IMG/VR virus record: IMGVR_UViG_3300030037_000008
Span: 1-47,071 of that record
Reading direction: 5' to 3' (one strand)
Length of the DNA stretch: 47,071 bases
DNA from: a virus
Taxonomy: Duplodnaviria > Heunggongvirae > Uroviricota > Caudoviricetes
Part shown: one piece after another, positions 1-9,574 of the stretch
How the letters are laid out: the number at the start of each line of letters is the position of its first letter
Position numbering within the stretch: position 1 is the stretch's first letter
Program-made: the position numbers and the translations under genes
The notes under the pieces: generated by a model
The model's input: the letters and a program-made list of their open reading frames with translations, nothing else
The model's database searches: none
What the model was told of the DNA's origin: nothing

Positions 1-1242
1 CTTACATCATCTCTTATTATTCCTGCTTTCTCTCTATTAACTGAAGTAAAGCAATATATACGTCATGGTATTAGTATGTACAAACCTATCGTACCTGAAA
101 TTACTAATATGTCAGAATCTACTGCACATTTAGAATGGGATGCTATAGGACTTCTTACTGATAATACATTTGACTTAGCTCCCTTTATTGCTGACTTAAG
201 TTCAACTGATACATGTATCTCTGACATTGTTGATAATGTAATTGAATTAGCTCCTATGTTCGGTGACGCAGTACTTAATCCAAACCTAACGTTAGATTAT
301 ACTATCGGTTCTTATATGCCTCAGCTTGATGCTAATGCTATTACAAATTGGAGAAGATTTAAAATTAGTGATGCTAATCAGTATGTTTATAATGCTCCAA
401 TTGATATGGGTAACCCAACTTGGCAAGTAAATAATATTGATAGTACGATAGGAACTGATAATATAATTGTCACTGATAACTCATCTGATCCATTTGTATT
501 ACTGTCTGATCGCTTTACTACAGACTATTTGGTGAATACATATATGTCAAATGGAAGTGCTACTGGTGTATCCGGAGTGATTTTAGGTGTGTACGAAGAT
601 CCTAGCGAGTTAGTATTTGATCCTGATAAAGGAATTACTCATCCTAGAGTTCATACTCTTAGCGTAATAGCAGATTTTTCTATTGCTTCTCCTACTCTAA
701 AGTTTGTATATGATTTAGGACTTAGTACAGAAATTATTATTAAGACTTTACTTCAATCTGAAATTGATGATGTTGCTGCATCCGAAGGAGCTAACCCGTC
801 ATTTGCTACTACTCCTGGATTACTTACTGAAAGACAGTTTGAAGTTCAACGGAGAGGTTGTTCAATTAATGTAAGATTTGGTAAAGGAAGAGATCGTAAC
901 GATTTAATATTCTACTTCAACTTAGATTTAAATGATCATAATATTGATTGGACTGGAATTCCTGTTCAAGAATTCAGTGATTGGAATCATATCGGATACA
1001 TTTCAATTGGTGGAAATAATCCAACATTCGAAGTGGAAAAAGATAAAGTATATGACTCGGTTGGAGTATCAGTTACTGATATTGCTACGGGTATTAGCAT
1101 ATCATCTACTATGATTAATATTACTACTAACATTGATCAATCAGATCCTCTTAACGATCTGTTTAGTCATAACATTACTTCAGATGATCCGTACTTCAAT
1201 ATTACTTCAGATGATTCTGTAACAAATATCGTTGCTGATTAA
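1..1242 (+). CDS. Virion structural protein (probable baseplate/tail), 5'-truncated by the window edge
   Basis: Frame 1 has no stop from base 1 to the ATG at 76, so the gene probably starts upstream. Acidic D/T/N/I-rich composition; lies at the head of a fibre cluster. No specific family recognised. Confidence 0.5.
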   Translation, partial: LTSSLIIPAFSLLTEVKQYIRHGISMYKPIVPEITNMSESTAHLEWDAIGLLTDNTFDLAPFIADLSSTDTCISDIVDNVIELAPMFGDAVLNPNLTLDYTIGSYMPQLDANAITNWRRFKISDANQYVYNAPIDMGNPTWQVNNIDSTIGTDNIIVTDNSSDPFVLLSDRFTTDYLVNTYMSNGSATGVSGVILGVYEDPSELVFDPDKGITHPRVHTLSVIADFSIASPTLKFVYDLGLSTEIIIKTLLQSEIDDVAASEGANPSFATTPGLLTERQFEVQRRGCSINVRFGKGRDRNDLIFYFNLDLNDHNIDWTGIPVQEFSDWNHIGYISIGGNNPTFEVEKDKVYDSVGVSVTDIATGISISSTMINITTNIDQSDPLNDLFSHNITSDDPYFNITSDDSVTNIVAD

Positions 1243-1262
1243 TACTTAAATAGATCTTCTAG

Positions 1263-1282
1263 TTTGATAAATAGTCTAAATA
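1263..1282 (+). promoter_or_regulatory. Putative late promoter TTTGATAAATAGTCTAAATA
   Basis: 19/20 identical to 2718-2737; T4-late-like TAAATA core, intergenic, upstream of a fibre gene. Confidence 0.7.
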
Positions 1283-1308
1283 CTACAAATTAAATTAGGA
1301 GATCTACA

Positions 1309-2355
1309 TTGAAAGTTGATGCAAATATAATCAACGTTGATGACGCGTCTATTACTGCTAATGGGAATGCACTTGAAGTTGGTGTAGATCCTGTTGGACA
1401 ATTAGAAATAGGAGTAAGCGGAGTTAAATTAACAGACGCCTTTCAATCAGCAGCGCTTAGTGCCACTGCACCTACTGGTGCTGGTACTTCAGTAGTGCCA
1501 ACAGGTAATTTATCTAGTTCTAATGTACAAGATGCATTAGAAGAATTACAAGATGACATAGATAATGCGCCAGTAGGAGTTCATAATCACGACGCAGACT
1601 ATTCAGATATATCACATACACATACTGGATTTGCGTTAGATACACATAATCATGATGCAGACTACTCTGATATATCACATAATCATGATGCAGACTACTC
1701 TGATATATCACATAATCATGATGCAGACTACTCTGATATATCACATACACATACTGGATTTGCGTTAGATACACATAATCATGACGCAGACTACTCTGAT
1801 ATATCACATAATCACGATGGTGAAGTAGGTATAGTATTATTTTCTCAACCGTTAAATACGTTACAATTCACTCGAGCTGCGTATCAAGCTGGATGGGACA
1901 CATATACTAAAATAGGATGGCGGATTAGAAATGCTGAATGCGCCACTCCTAATGAAGGTTTCATATCTATCAGTATTGCGCATAATCCTTCTGGAACAGC
2001 AGACTCTGACTATGTAAAGTTACAGAACGGAGCTACTTACACGAGAGTACTACCTACTAATACACAAACAGGAAATTTTCCTACTTCATTTGAATATACT
2101 ATTCCAAACGGTGTCCAGAAACCTCACGGTCACTTTGATTCTTTAAGTGGAATCAATAGATTCGGTTTAATGTATGCGTCTAACCAAGGCGGACCTAATT
2201 TAGGATTCGTTCTCGAGAACGGACATACCGGCATTGCTGCCATGGCAGTATGGGTTCCTTGGGATATTGGTAGCAGCTTAATAGGTAAACACCTTCAGGT
2301 TGAAGCGCAAGTAGTATTTACCGGTGGTACATTTGAAATAATAGGATATAAATAA
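1309..2355 (+). CDS. Tail fibre protein with His-x-His metal-binding repeats
   Basis: TTG start with AGGAG SD; eight HxH motifs in HNHDADYSDIS/HTHTGFALDT repeats; N-terminus and the TGNLxSxNVQxALxELQxDID module resemble the 1424-aa fibre. Confidence 0.8.
   Translation: MKVDANIINVDDASITANGNALEVGVDPVGQLEIGVSGVKLTDAFQSAALSATAPTGAGTSVVPTGNLSSSNVQDALEELQDDIDNAPVGVHNHDADYSDISHTHTGFALDTHNHDADYSDISHNHDADYSDISHNHDADYSDISHTHTGFALDTHNHDADYSDISHNHDGEVGIVLFSQPLNTLQFTRAAYQAGWDTYTKIGWRIRNAECATPNEGFISISIAHNPSGTADSDYVKLQNGATYTRVLPTNTQTGNFPTSFEYTIPNGVQKPHGHFDSLSGINRFGLMYASNQGGPNLGFVLENGHTGIAAMAVWVPWDIGSSLIGKHLQVEAQVVFTGGTFEIIGYK
1582..1818 (+). repeat. Coding tandem repeat array, 33-nt (A) and 30-nt (B) units in order A-B-A-A-A-B-A-partial
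   Basis: A ~ cataatcatgatgcagactactctgatatatca; B = catacacatactggatttgcgttagataca; all in frame. Confidence 0.95.
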
Positions 2356-2356
2356 T

Positions 2357-2683
2357 ATGAGTACGATAGAAGAAAGAATAGTAGCTAGAGATATAGTTGC
2401 TTTAGGTTACCTAACTGAACAACTATATGCCGCGGCAATGCAAAGACAGAATGAAATTTTAGATGCAAATTTCATGCAACTGATAGGCGACGGTAGAGTT
2501 CTAAAGCGAGTACTTACATCTCCAGTAATGCCCATCTTTGATGCATGTCTATTAGCTATAGATGAATTATGGGACGAATATAAAGAAAGAAAAGATAACT
2601 CGATATATGACTTAGATTTTTCTGCGCTAGGATCTATATCTAACACTTATTCAGAACTAAGGACTGAGTTAGAATCTCTATAG
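2357..2683 (+). CDS. Probable tail fibre assembly chaperone
   Basis: Small helical ORF directly after the fibre gene; the same fibre+small-gene pairing recurs at 7066. Call is positional. Confidence 0.5.
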   Translation: MSTIEERIVARDIVALGYLTEQLYAAAMQRQNEILDANFMQLIGDGRVLKRVLTSPVMPIFDACLLAIDELWDEYKERKDNSIYDLDFSALGSISNTYSELRTELESL

Positions 2684-2717
2684 AATATGTTTCAGAAATA
2701 CCACCTTTATCAGATTA

Positions 2718-2737
2718 TTTGATAAATAGTATAAATA
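2718..2737 (+). promoter_or_regulatory. Putative late promoter TTTGATAAATAGTATAAATA
   Basis: Contains GATAAATA and the canonical T4 late TATAAATA (2730-2737); upstream of the long fibre gene. Confidence 0.75.
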
Positions 2738-2762
2738 AAAGTTTAAAAAGGTATCTCTCAAT

Positions 2763-5700
2763 ATGAGCAAAATTGATGCAAATCTCTTAAGCCACGATGA
2801 TGAATCGATTGAAATTATCAATAGTACTGAAGCAGGCTTCAAACTAGATCCAGAAGGTAATCTACTTAAAACTGGTGATGGTGTTGCGGTTGATCTTGAT
2901 GGTTTACTTGGTGGACAAATAGATGTTAATGACTTAGTAACAATGGAAGGTTCAACAATGCAACCTGTCCCTGTAGCTAATCAAGTAGTCTTTAAGAATT
3001 TCAATGCCGGATTAGTGCACGGAGCAATTGATGAACAAACATTAGCACTAACAAACAATCAGAGTTTAAATTTATCTAGCGATATTAGCATCGAAAGTCT
3101 TTTAGTAGATAACAACATACCATCTAATGCTACTCATATTGAAGTATTCGTAACTATAGATTGGTCCAAGACTAATTCAAATTGGAATGGTACTTATAGC
3201 TTTGCTATGACAGATTCTGATGTTACAGATAATGACATAATTACTAATGATAATTATCAGTTCTTGTTTAAAGATATGGAGATAGTTAATCTTAATGATT
3301 CTGGTACTCTCCAAGGATCTTTAATCATTCCTATTAATGCATCTAAAGATATTAAGTTTTATACATTTACCGGATCTGATTATGCATTAGATGATGGTGC
3401 AACTCTCGGTCCGTTTGCAAATTCAAGTGGAGCAGCTACTCTTACTGTTAGACCTAGACTACATATTAAAAATTTCCTTTTAACTGAATCTGCCGCAGTT
3501 CCTATTAAAGGATCTGAACTTGTTGGTTTAACTTACTCGCCATTACCTGAAAGTAAAACAGTTTATAGTGAAGTTCTTGATACATTAGGAGATTATCCTA
3601 ATACAGAATTTTCTAACTTACGTTACGCAGTAAATTCTATAGATGTTCAAACAGTGTTAGACAATGCTAGCATTGATATTCCTGACGGAGTAGTAGGTTT
3701 AAAAATATCTACCACATTGGAGATATCAGGAAGCATTAATGGATATGAATCTTTTAACAACTATGTTCTCTGTAATCCTCCTACTGCGAATACAGATCAC
3801 ATTAGTGATCTTAACGATGCTCTAATAGATCTTGATACTACAGGAAATACAAGTATTGCAAATATTGACGGACTGTCTGATATAGCAAACTTTACTCAGC
3901 ATACTTACATTGGCGGATCATTATCTGACGATATTCTAGAATCATCAATTGAAAACTTTGATGTATTTTATGATACTGAAGGTGTTGATAATATAGAGAT
4001 TACATCTGTAATTGCAAACGGATTTCAACAGCCAACAGTAGATGTTCTATCACAAAGAATAGTAGTTAAGATAGTTGGATTCTACTTATCAGAATCAACA
4101 CGTCTAGTAGAAAACTTTATTAATACTGAGTACGTTGCAGTTATTTCTACAACTGATCCCGATCCACTTACTGTTAGTCAATCAGGAACTAATAACTCAT
4201 CTATTACTTATAACATAGCTAATCTTCAAGGTGCTGCTACGTTACTTAGTGATTACATATCAGAAATACATATCGAATATAGTTTATCTAATGTTTCTCC
4301 TGCTGCATCCGGATCATCTGAACTTATTGTTTCATATCCTGATGGAAGTAATGTTACATATGATTTGAGTGATATCACTAACACCGCAGAAGTAGTTAAA
4401 TCTGATATCATAAGATTACCTGTTAATTATGCTCAGCCTACATTTACTATTCAATTGAATACTACTGACATTGATCCATCTTATAGTGCTTCATATAATA
4501 TCATAGGCGTTACTCAGCAAACAGCGTTAGGAGACATTCTAGAATCTATAGGATTGATAGCTTACTCTGCTGCTAATACTACAGTCGATGTTTCAATTCT
4601 TCCTAATTCATATACAGATGTTCAAGCTGCGTTAGAAGGATTGTTTCTTGATACTACTGTTGCTACTCATGACCATGATGCGGACTATGCTAATATAATT
4701 CACGGACATGCGTCTGATGACATTACTGTTACTCCCACTGGTAACTTAACTTCAACTGATGTTCAATCTGCATTAGTAGAATTACAAACAGATATAGATT
4801 CATTCGTTTCTACTGATGATCAAAATTCAATTGAAGTTTCTACAGTCATACAGAATGGTGTAACTCAAGCAAATGTTCAAGCAGAACTCGAACAGATACA
4901 TACTGACATTGGTGCAATATCAGATACTGACGATCAAACTTCTACTGAAGTTGCAACAACTATTCAGAATGGTGTAACTCAAGCTAATGTTCAAGCAGAA
5001 CTTGAACAGATACACATTGACATTGGTACAGTATCTAATGATGAATTAGTTGGTATCTCTTCAAATGATACTACACCTGGAAATCTAGATGATAAGATAG
5101 TCAATGGATCTGGCATAGTTAAATCTATACTTAATGCTTCTGGCGATGAACAACTTCAAGTAGAATTAGGTCCTCATTATCTGGCTCTTGCTTCAACTGG
5201 TTTAATTAGTGGAGCAATTATGTCTCCAGGTGCAACAACAGGAACTATCGATATAACTATAGGACATGGATTGTATGTTGATTCAACTACTACATATCCA
5301 ACAGTTGAAGCACAAGGTGTAGAGATATCAGCTAGAACTAATTTTGCTATTACTGATATTTTAACCGAAGTTGTAACTTATATATCAGTAGATAAAAATG
5401 ATAATATCATCCAAAATAACGCTATGCCTACTGCATCTGAACGAAGAGATGCTATATTCTTAGGTGTTGTTGGACATGGTGATAATGTAAATGTAGATGT
5501 AAGTAAATCCACTCCTGTAATTGCGTACAATGCTACAGCTCAATTACAAGACTTAATGTCTAGTTTGGGAATATTCAATGTAAGCGGTAACGTCATTGTT
5601 CCAAATGGAGCTAATTTAAGTATCGATAAAACATTAGGACAGCTCTTCAAATCAGGTTCTAATTTTGAAACTGATCCAAAAAACCCACATATATTAACAT

Positions 5701-7037
5701 TGCCAGCTGTTCCTGCATTAGAATTCTCTTACCTAAATCAAAATAGTACTAGTACTATTGGACCAGTAACTGCACTTGATCCTACTGTATGGGATGATGG
5801 AGGTACAACTACTACGATACTAGGTAGTGCCAACCAGGCAACTATACAACAAGTATATATGTTCTCATCTGGAATATTTTTATTACAGCTTGGTCAAGAA
5901 ATATATTCAACTATGTCAGATGCGATGAACGCAATTGGTACTCATCAGTTTATTGTTGAACCTAATATTGAAGCTAACGGACTTCTTATAGCTGAGATTG
6001 TTATACGTACAGGCGCTTTGGATGTATCAGATCCAGGAGATGCACTCATATTTACAGCAAATAGATTTGGTGAAACAGGTTCAGTTGGATCAAGTGCCAT
6101 CGGTACTCTACAAGATGGATATAATAACTCGGTTAATCCAGAAATATTAACAGACGATACATTAGGTCCATTATCTATTAAGCGTGGCTCTACTGGTGGT
6201 GACACTGATACGGTATTTGAAGTTATAAATGGATCTGATGCTACGACCCTTCAAATCTTAGGTGACGGTACCGTTAATGGTAGAGACATTGCAGCAGATG
6301 GTACACAGCTTGATACTAATACAACTGATATATCAAATATAGTTCAAAATGCTACTCACACAGGTGATGCCACAGGTGATACTGTTTTAACACTTGCTAA
6401 TAGTGGAGTTGCAGCAGGATCATATACTAATGCTGACATAACAGTAGATGCTAAAGGTAGAATAACAGTTGCATCAAGTGGTGCAGGTGGCGGAACAGAT
6501 GATCAGACTGCTACTGAGGTTAGTACTACTATTCAGAACGGTGTAATTAGCGCTAACGTGCAACTAGAACTAGAACTCATACACACATTAATTGATCCCA
6601 TTATTGATACTGATGATCAAACTGCTACTGAGGTTCCTACTACAGTACAAAATGGTGTAACTCAGGCTAACGTTCAAGCAGAACTTGAACAGATACATAC
6701 TGATATTGGATTAGTTACTGGAACATCAGCTATTACTTATCTGACTGCAACATCTGGATTTGTACATAATATCACTAATAACGAAGGTGAAGAAATTGTT
6801 ATTGATTTAGATTCATTCGCTGCTACTATTAATCTACCTCTTACACCAATTCTTGGAGCTCGAGTACTTGTCACTGCTGAAGGTGATGCAACTACTAATC
6901 CAGTTTCAGTAATTCCAAACGTAGGTACTCATGATATAGAAGGTGCTAATAATGATGACATTGATTTAGATGGAGGTCGAGTAGAATATGTATTTGACGG
7001 ATCCAATTGGATTATAACTATGTCATTAGTATCATAA
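2763..7037 (+). CDS. Long modular tail fibre / receptor-binding protein (1424 aa)
   Basis: Repeated TDDQ...QNGVTQANVQAELEQIHTDIG shaft modules, HDH/HGH motifs, the common fibre segment LANSGVAAGSYTNADITVDAKGRIT, and a C-terminal TINLP...RVEYVFDGSNWII beta domain. Confidence 0.8.
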   Translation: MSKIDANLLSHDDESIEIINSTEAGFKLDPEGNLLKTGDGVAVDLDGLLGGQIDVNDLVTMEGSTMQPVPVANQVVFKNFNAGLVHGAIDEQTLALTNNQSLNLSSDISIESLLVDNNIPSNATHIEVFVTIDWSKTNSNWNGTYSFAMTDSDVTDNDIITNDNYQFLFKDMEIVNLNDSGTLQGSLIIPINASKDIKFYTFTGSDYALDDGATLGPFANSSGAATLTVRPRLHIKNFLLTESAAVPIKGSELVGLTYSPLPESKTVYSEVLDTLGDYPNTEFSNLRYAVNSIDVQTVLDNASIDIPDGVVGLKISTTLEISGSINGYESFNNYVLCNPPTANTDHISDLNDALIDLDTTGNTSIANIDGLSDIANFTQHTYIGGSLSDDILESSIENFDVFYDTEGVDNIEITSVIANGFQQPTVDVLSQRIVVKIVGFYLSESTRLVENFINTEYVAVISTTDPDPLTVSQSGTNNSSITYNIANLQGAATLLSDYISEIHIEYSLSNVSPAASGSSELIVSYPDGSNVTYDLSDITNTAEVVKSDIIRLPVNYAQPTFTIQLNTTDIDPSYSASYNIIGVTQQTALGDILESIGLIAYSAANTTVDVSILPNSYTDVQAALEGLFLDTTVATHDHDADYANIIHGHASDDITVTPTGNLTSTDVQSALVELQTDIDSFVSTDDQNSIEVSTVIQNGVTQANVQAELEQIHTDIGAISDTDDQTSTEVATTIQNGVTQANVQAELEQIHIDIGTVSNDELVGISSNDTTPGNLDDKIVNGSGIVKSILNASGDEQLQVELGPHYLALASTGLISGAIMSPGATTGTIDITIGHGLYVDSTTTYPTVEAQGVEISARTNFAITDILTEVVTYISVDKNDNIIQNNAMPTASERRDAIFLGVVGHGDNVNVDVSKSTPVIAYNATAQLQDLMSSLGIFNVSGNVIVPNGANLSIDKTLGQLFKSGSNFETDPKNPHILTLPAVPALEFSYLNQNSTSTIGPVTALDPTVWDDGGTTTTILGSANQATIQQVYMFSSGIFLLQLGQEIYSTMSDAMNAIGTHQFIVEPNIEANGLLIAEIVIRTGALDVSDPGDALIFTANRFGETGSVGSSAIGTLQDGYNNSVNPEILTDDTLGPLSIKRGSTGGDTDTVFEVINGSDATTLQILGDGTVNGRDIAADGTQLDTNTTDISNIVQNATHTGDATGDTVLTLANSGVAAGSYTNADITVDAKGRITVASSGAGGGTDDQTATEVSTTIQNGVISANVQLELELIHTLIDPIIDTDDQTATEVPTTVQNGVTQANVQAELEQIHTDIGLVTGTSAITYLTATSGFVHNITNNEGEEIVIDLDSFAATINLPLTPILGARVLVTAEGDATTNPVSVIPNVGTHDIEGANNDDIDLDGGRVEYVFDGSNWIITMSLVS
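4812..5039 (+). repeat. Two tandem 114-nt (38-aa) coding repeats
   Basis: Units start at 4812 and 4926; near-identical aatggtgtaactcaagc...gaacagatacat core. Confidence 0.9.
6495..6722 (+). repeat. Second pair of the same 114-nt repeats
   Basis: Units start at 6495 and 6609 and match 4812/4926. Confidence 0.9.
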
Positions 7038-7065
7038 ATTTAAAGAACTGAAGGTAATAAATATA

Positions 7066-7527
7066 ATGCAATATGTAATAAATAATGATAAATGTCTTGT
7101 TATTTACAAAGACAATGTCAATGTCGACAGCTTTTACAATAGCCATGAAATAATTAGTGGCGATTATAAAAGAGAAGGAGGTAATTATATTGGAGCTGGT
7201 TTATCTAGATCCGATATACTTGCTCAAGTAAATTTATCAGAAGAAGAAGTAAGAGAGCAACAACGTAAAAGACTAGAAGTTGCAGTTAGAAAATATCAAG
7301 AAGATGCTGGAATCGATGCATTTTTCTTAATGATATGCTATCAATTTAAAGATATAAGTGATAAAGCTAACGGCATAGTACAATGGTCTGATGATCTGTG
7401 GCTAAATCAATATCATAATAAAAAGGCTGATATTTTATCAGGTCTTGCAGAAGTTAATTACGATTTTACATCAGAAGATCCAGTGCCTAGCACGTTTTCT
7501 GAAGTACGATCTGAAATAGGAATTTAA
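7066..7527 (+). CDS. Probable tail fibre assembly chaperone
   Basis: Follows the long fibre; the helical C-terminal half with QWSDDLW resembles fibre-associated chaperones. Confidence 0.5.
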   Translation: MQYVINNDKCLVIYKDNVNVDSFYNSHEIISGDYKREGGNYIGAGLSRSDILAQVNLSEEEVREQQRKRLEVAVRKYQEDAGIDAFFLMICYQFKDISDKANGIVQWSDDLWLNQYHNKKADILSGLAEVNYDFTSEDPVPSTFSEVRSEIGI

Positions 7528-7530
7528 ATA

Positions 7531-9534
7531 ATGAGTAAACTTTCAGAGAGAGTTACACCAGGAGCAGGAAATACTATATTGAATGGTGTATCTGATCCGC
7601 TAGTAGGTCAAGGTATTGATGGAGATTTTTTCATTAATACTACTGTTCAAACAATATTCGGACCAAAAACTGCTGGTGTATGGGGATCAGCTACATCTTT
7701 AATAGGTGGTACATCTTTTAATATTCTATCAGGAACTTTAGATCCTCAAGATTCAGAAGGATTTAATGATCAATACTATGTTAATACAACTAACAATACA
7801 ATCTTCGGTCCTAAGACTGGGGGTGCATGGGGAAATGCTCAACCTATATCAGGAATTGGTACTTTAATAACAGGAGTCATTGATCCAGTCAATGGTCTTG
7901 GTAGTGATGGCGACTTCTATACAAACACCGATACTAATACTCTATTTGGTCCTAAGACTGGAGGAGTATGGCCAGCAGGAGTTAATTTGCTAGGACCGTT
8001 TGGTGGATCAGGCGTAGCTGTTACTAACATGCTAAATACAGTATCAGTATTAGAAGGTGACAATACTCCTTCAGTTTCAGAAGGTACTCATATCGCAACA
8101 GCTTATCAAGATTACCCTTCTTATATTAATTTAAATTTAACTAATACTGGACCTGTTAATTTAGGATCAGTATCGATATCTAGTTCTAATCCTGATTTTA
8201 CTGTATCACTACAACCTCTTACAATAATTGGTGGTTTTAGTTCATCAACATTTATAATTACGTTTGACAGTTCAACATTAGGTAGTAACACTTCTACTAT
8301 AACTATTAACAACGACTCAGTAGGATCGCCTGCATATTCATTCGATGTATCAGCAAACAACGTTGTAGTACCTACCGCTATCTTTGTTGAAACTTCTGCT
8401 AATGGTGGTTCTGATGCGAACGATGGTCTTACTCCTATTACTCCTAAAGAAACGATTGCAGCAGCAGAAAGTTTAATGGGATCTATGACACTACCTCCTC
8501 AGCCTGATTTAGAAATTATAATAGGAGTAGGAGACTTTGAAATTACAAATACATTTATTGTTGCTACTAGATGGGACACTGTAAGAATGAAAGGAGTTTC
8601 AGTTGGCACTTTAACTTCGTCAGATGTAACTAGTTCAGTGTTTACCACTGAAACAGAGGTTAGAAATAAACTACAAACAATGTTATACACTAACGGTAAC
8701 GACAATATAGTATCACAAACTAATGATGTTATTCTTAATTTAGAAGATCTTATACTTAAAAATACCAACGAACCTAATTATTCAATGGAGATCAACTTTA
8801 ATACTATTAAAAATTGCGCATTCCTTGAATGTAATATTGATACAGGTACATCCGCATCAGGCCAAGTATTTACAGTAGATGATAGTGTAATGTTTGCTAC
8901 AGATAATAACGAACCTGTGTCATTAGTAGATGCGGATAACACATGTAGTTTTGTATTTACTAACTTCTTCTTTGAAGAAGATACTGGTAATGTCGGTAAT
9001 GATGTTATAGTACAAATACCTGGAACGTTTACAAATTGCGAAATGCATTTTGATCATGCGAATTTTGAAATTGACATTCCAACCGGATCTGTAAATTTTT
9101 CAGGATGTTCACTTAGTGGAGCTAGCGGTGTAACAGTTCTAATGTACGTGGGTATTACTAACCCAGGGGGCATTGTTAATATTACTGATTGTACTATTGA
9201 TAATACTACTTCTGATGTTGCTATATCCGGATCATCTACTGTAATATTGCATGATTCTTCTGTAGTAGGTTACCTCAGTATGTCTAAAACTACTCTTCCT
9301 AATATTAATCTACTTACTATAACCGGTAGTAGTACTGTTACTTCTACATCAGGTCAAGATGTAGTTGCCAATGGTGTAGGAGTATTTTGCGATCTAACTT
9401 CATGGGATACTGATGCTAGTAATTTAACTGCCCAAAATGGTGCTCAGATTGATGTTAGTAATGCTCCCACATCAGGAACGTTTACTCCGGCATACGGATC
9501 AGGTGTTGATGGTAACGGATCTGAAATTTTCTAA
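7531..9534 (+). CDS. Tailspike-like protein: three N-terminal GD(F/Y)..NT...FGPKT.G.W repeats, Ig-like domain, right-handed beta-helix
   Basis: Three ~46-aa repeats; IFVETSANGGSDANDGLTPITPKETIAAA is the typical beta-helix cap motif; the C-terminal region is T/N/S/G-rich. Confidence 0.7.
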   Translation: MSKLSERVTPGAGNTILNGVSDPLVGQGIDGDFFINTTVQTIFGPKTAGVWGSATSLIGGTSFNILSGTLDPQDSEGFNDQYYVNTTNNTIFGPKTGGAWGNAQPISGIGTLITGVIDPVNGLGSDGDFYTNTDTNTLFGPKTGGVWPAGVNLLGPFGGSGVAVTNMLNTVSVLEGDNTPSVSEGTHIATAYQDYPSYINLNLTNTGPVNLGSVSISSSNPDFTVSLQPLTIIGGFSSSTFIITFDSSTLGSNTSTITINNDSVGSPAYSFDVSANNVVVPTAIFVETSANGGSDANDGLTPITPKETIAAAESLMGSMTLPPQPDLEIIIGVGDFEITNTFIVATRWDTVRMKGVSVGTLTSSDVTSSVFTTETEVRNKLQTMLYTNGNDNIVSQTNDVILNLEDLILKNTNEPNYSMEINFNTIKNCAFLECNIDTGTSASGQVFTVDDSVMFATDNNEPVSLVDADNTCSFVFTNFFFEEDTGNVGNDVIVQIPGTFTNCEMHFDHANFEIDIPTGSVNFSGCSLSGASGVTVLMYVGITNPGGIVNITDCTIDNTTSDVAISGSSTVILHDSSVVGYLSMSKTTLPNINLLTITGSSTVTSTSGQDVVANGVGVFCDLTSWDTDASNLTAQNGAQIDVSNAPTSGTFTPAYGSGVDGNGSEIF

Positions 9535-9535
9535 T

Positions 9536-9552
9536 GATAAATAGATATAATT
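9536..9552 (+). promoter_or_regulatory. Putative late promoter GATAAATAGATATAATT
   Basis: Same GATAAATAG core, intergenic, before a structural gene. Confidence 0.6.
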
Positions 9553-9574
9553 ACAATTTAAGGACAATAACAAT

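Noticed and set aside
1582-1818. 33-bp repeats as a CRISPR array
   Set aside because: Units are adjacent or separated by an identical 30-nt unit, stay in frame within a fibre gene, and have no unique spacers
2695-2757. SD-sequestering hairpin for the long fibre gene (gaaatacc/ggtatctc or accttt/aaaggt)
   Set aside because: Short, mismatched stems in AT-rich DNA; could be chance
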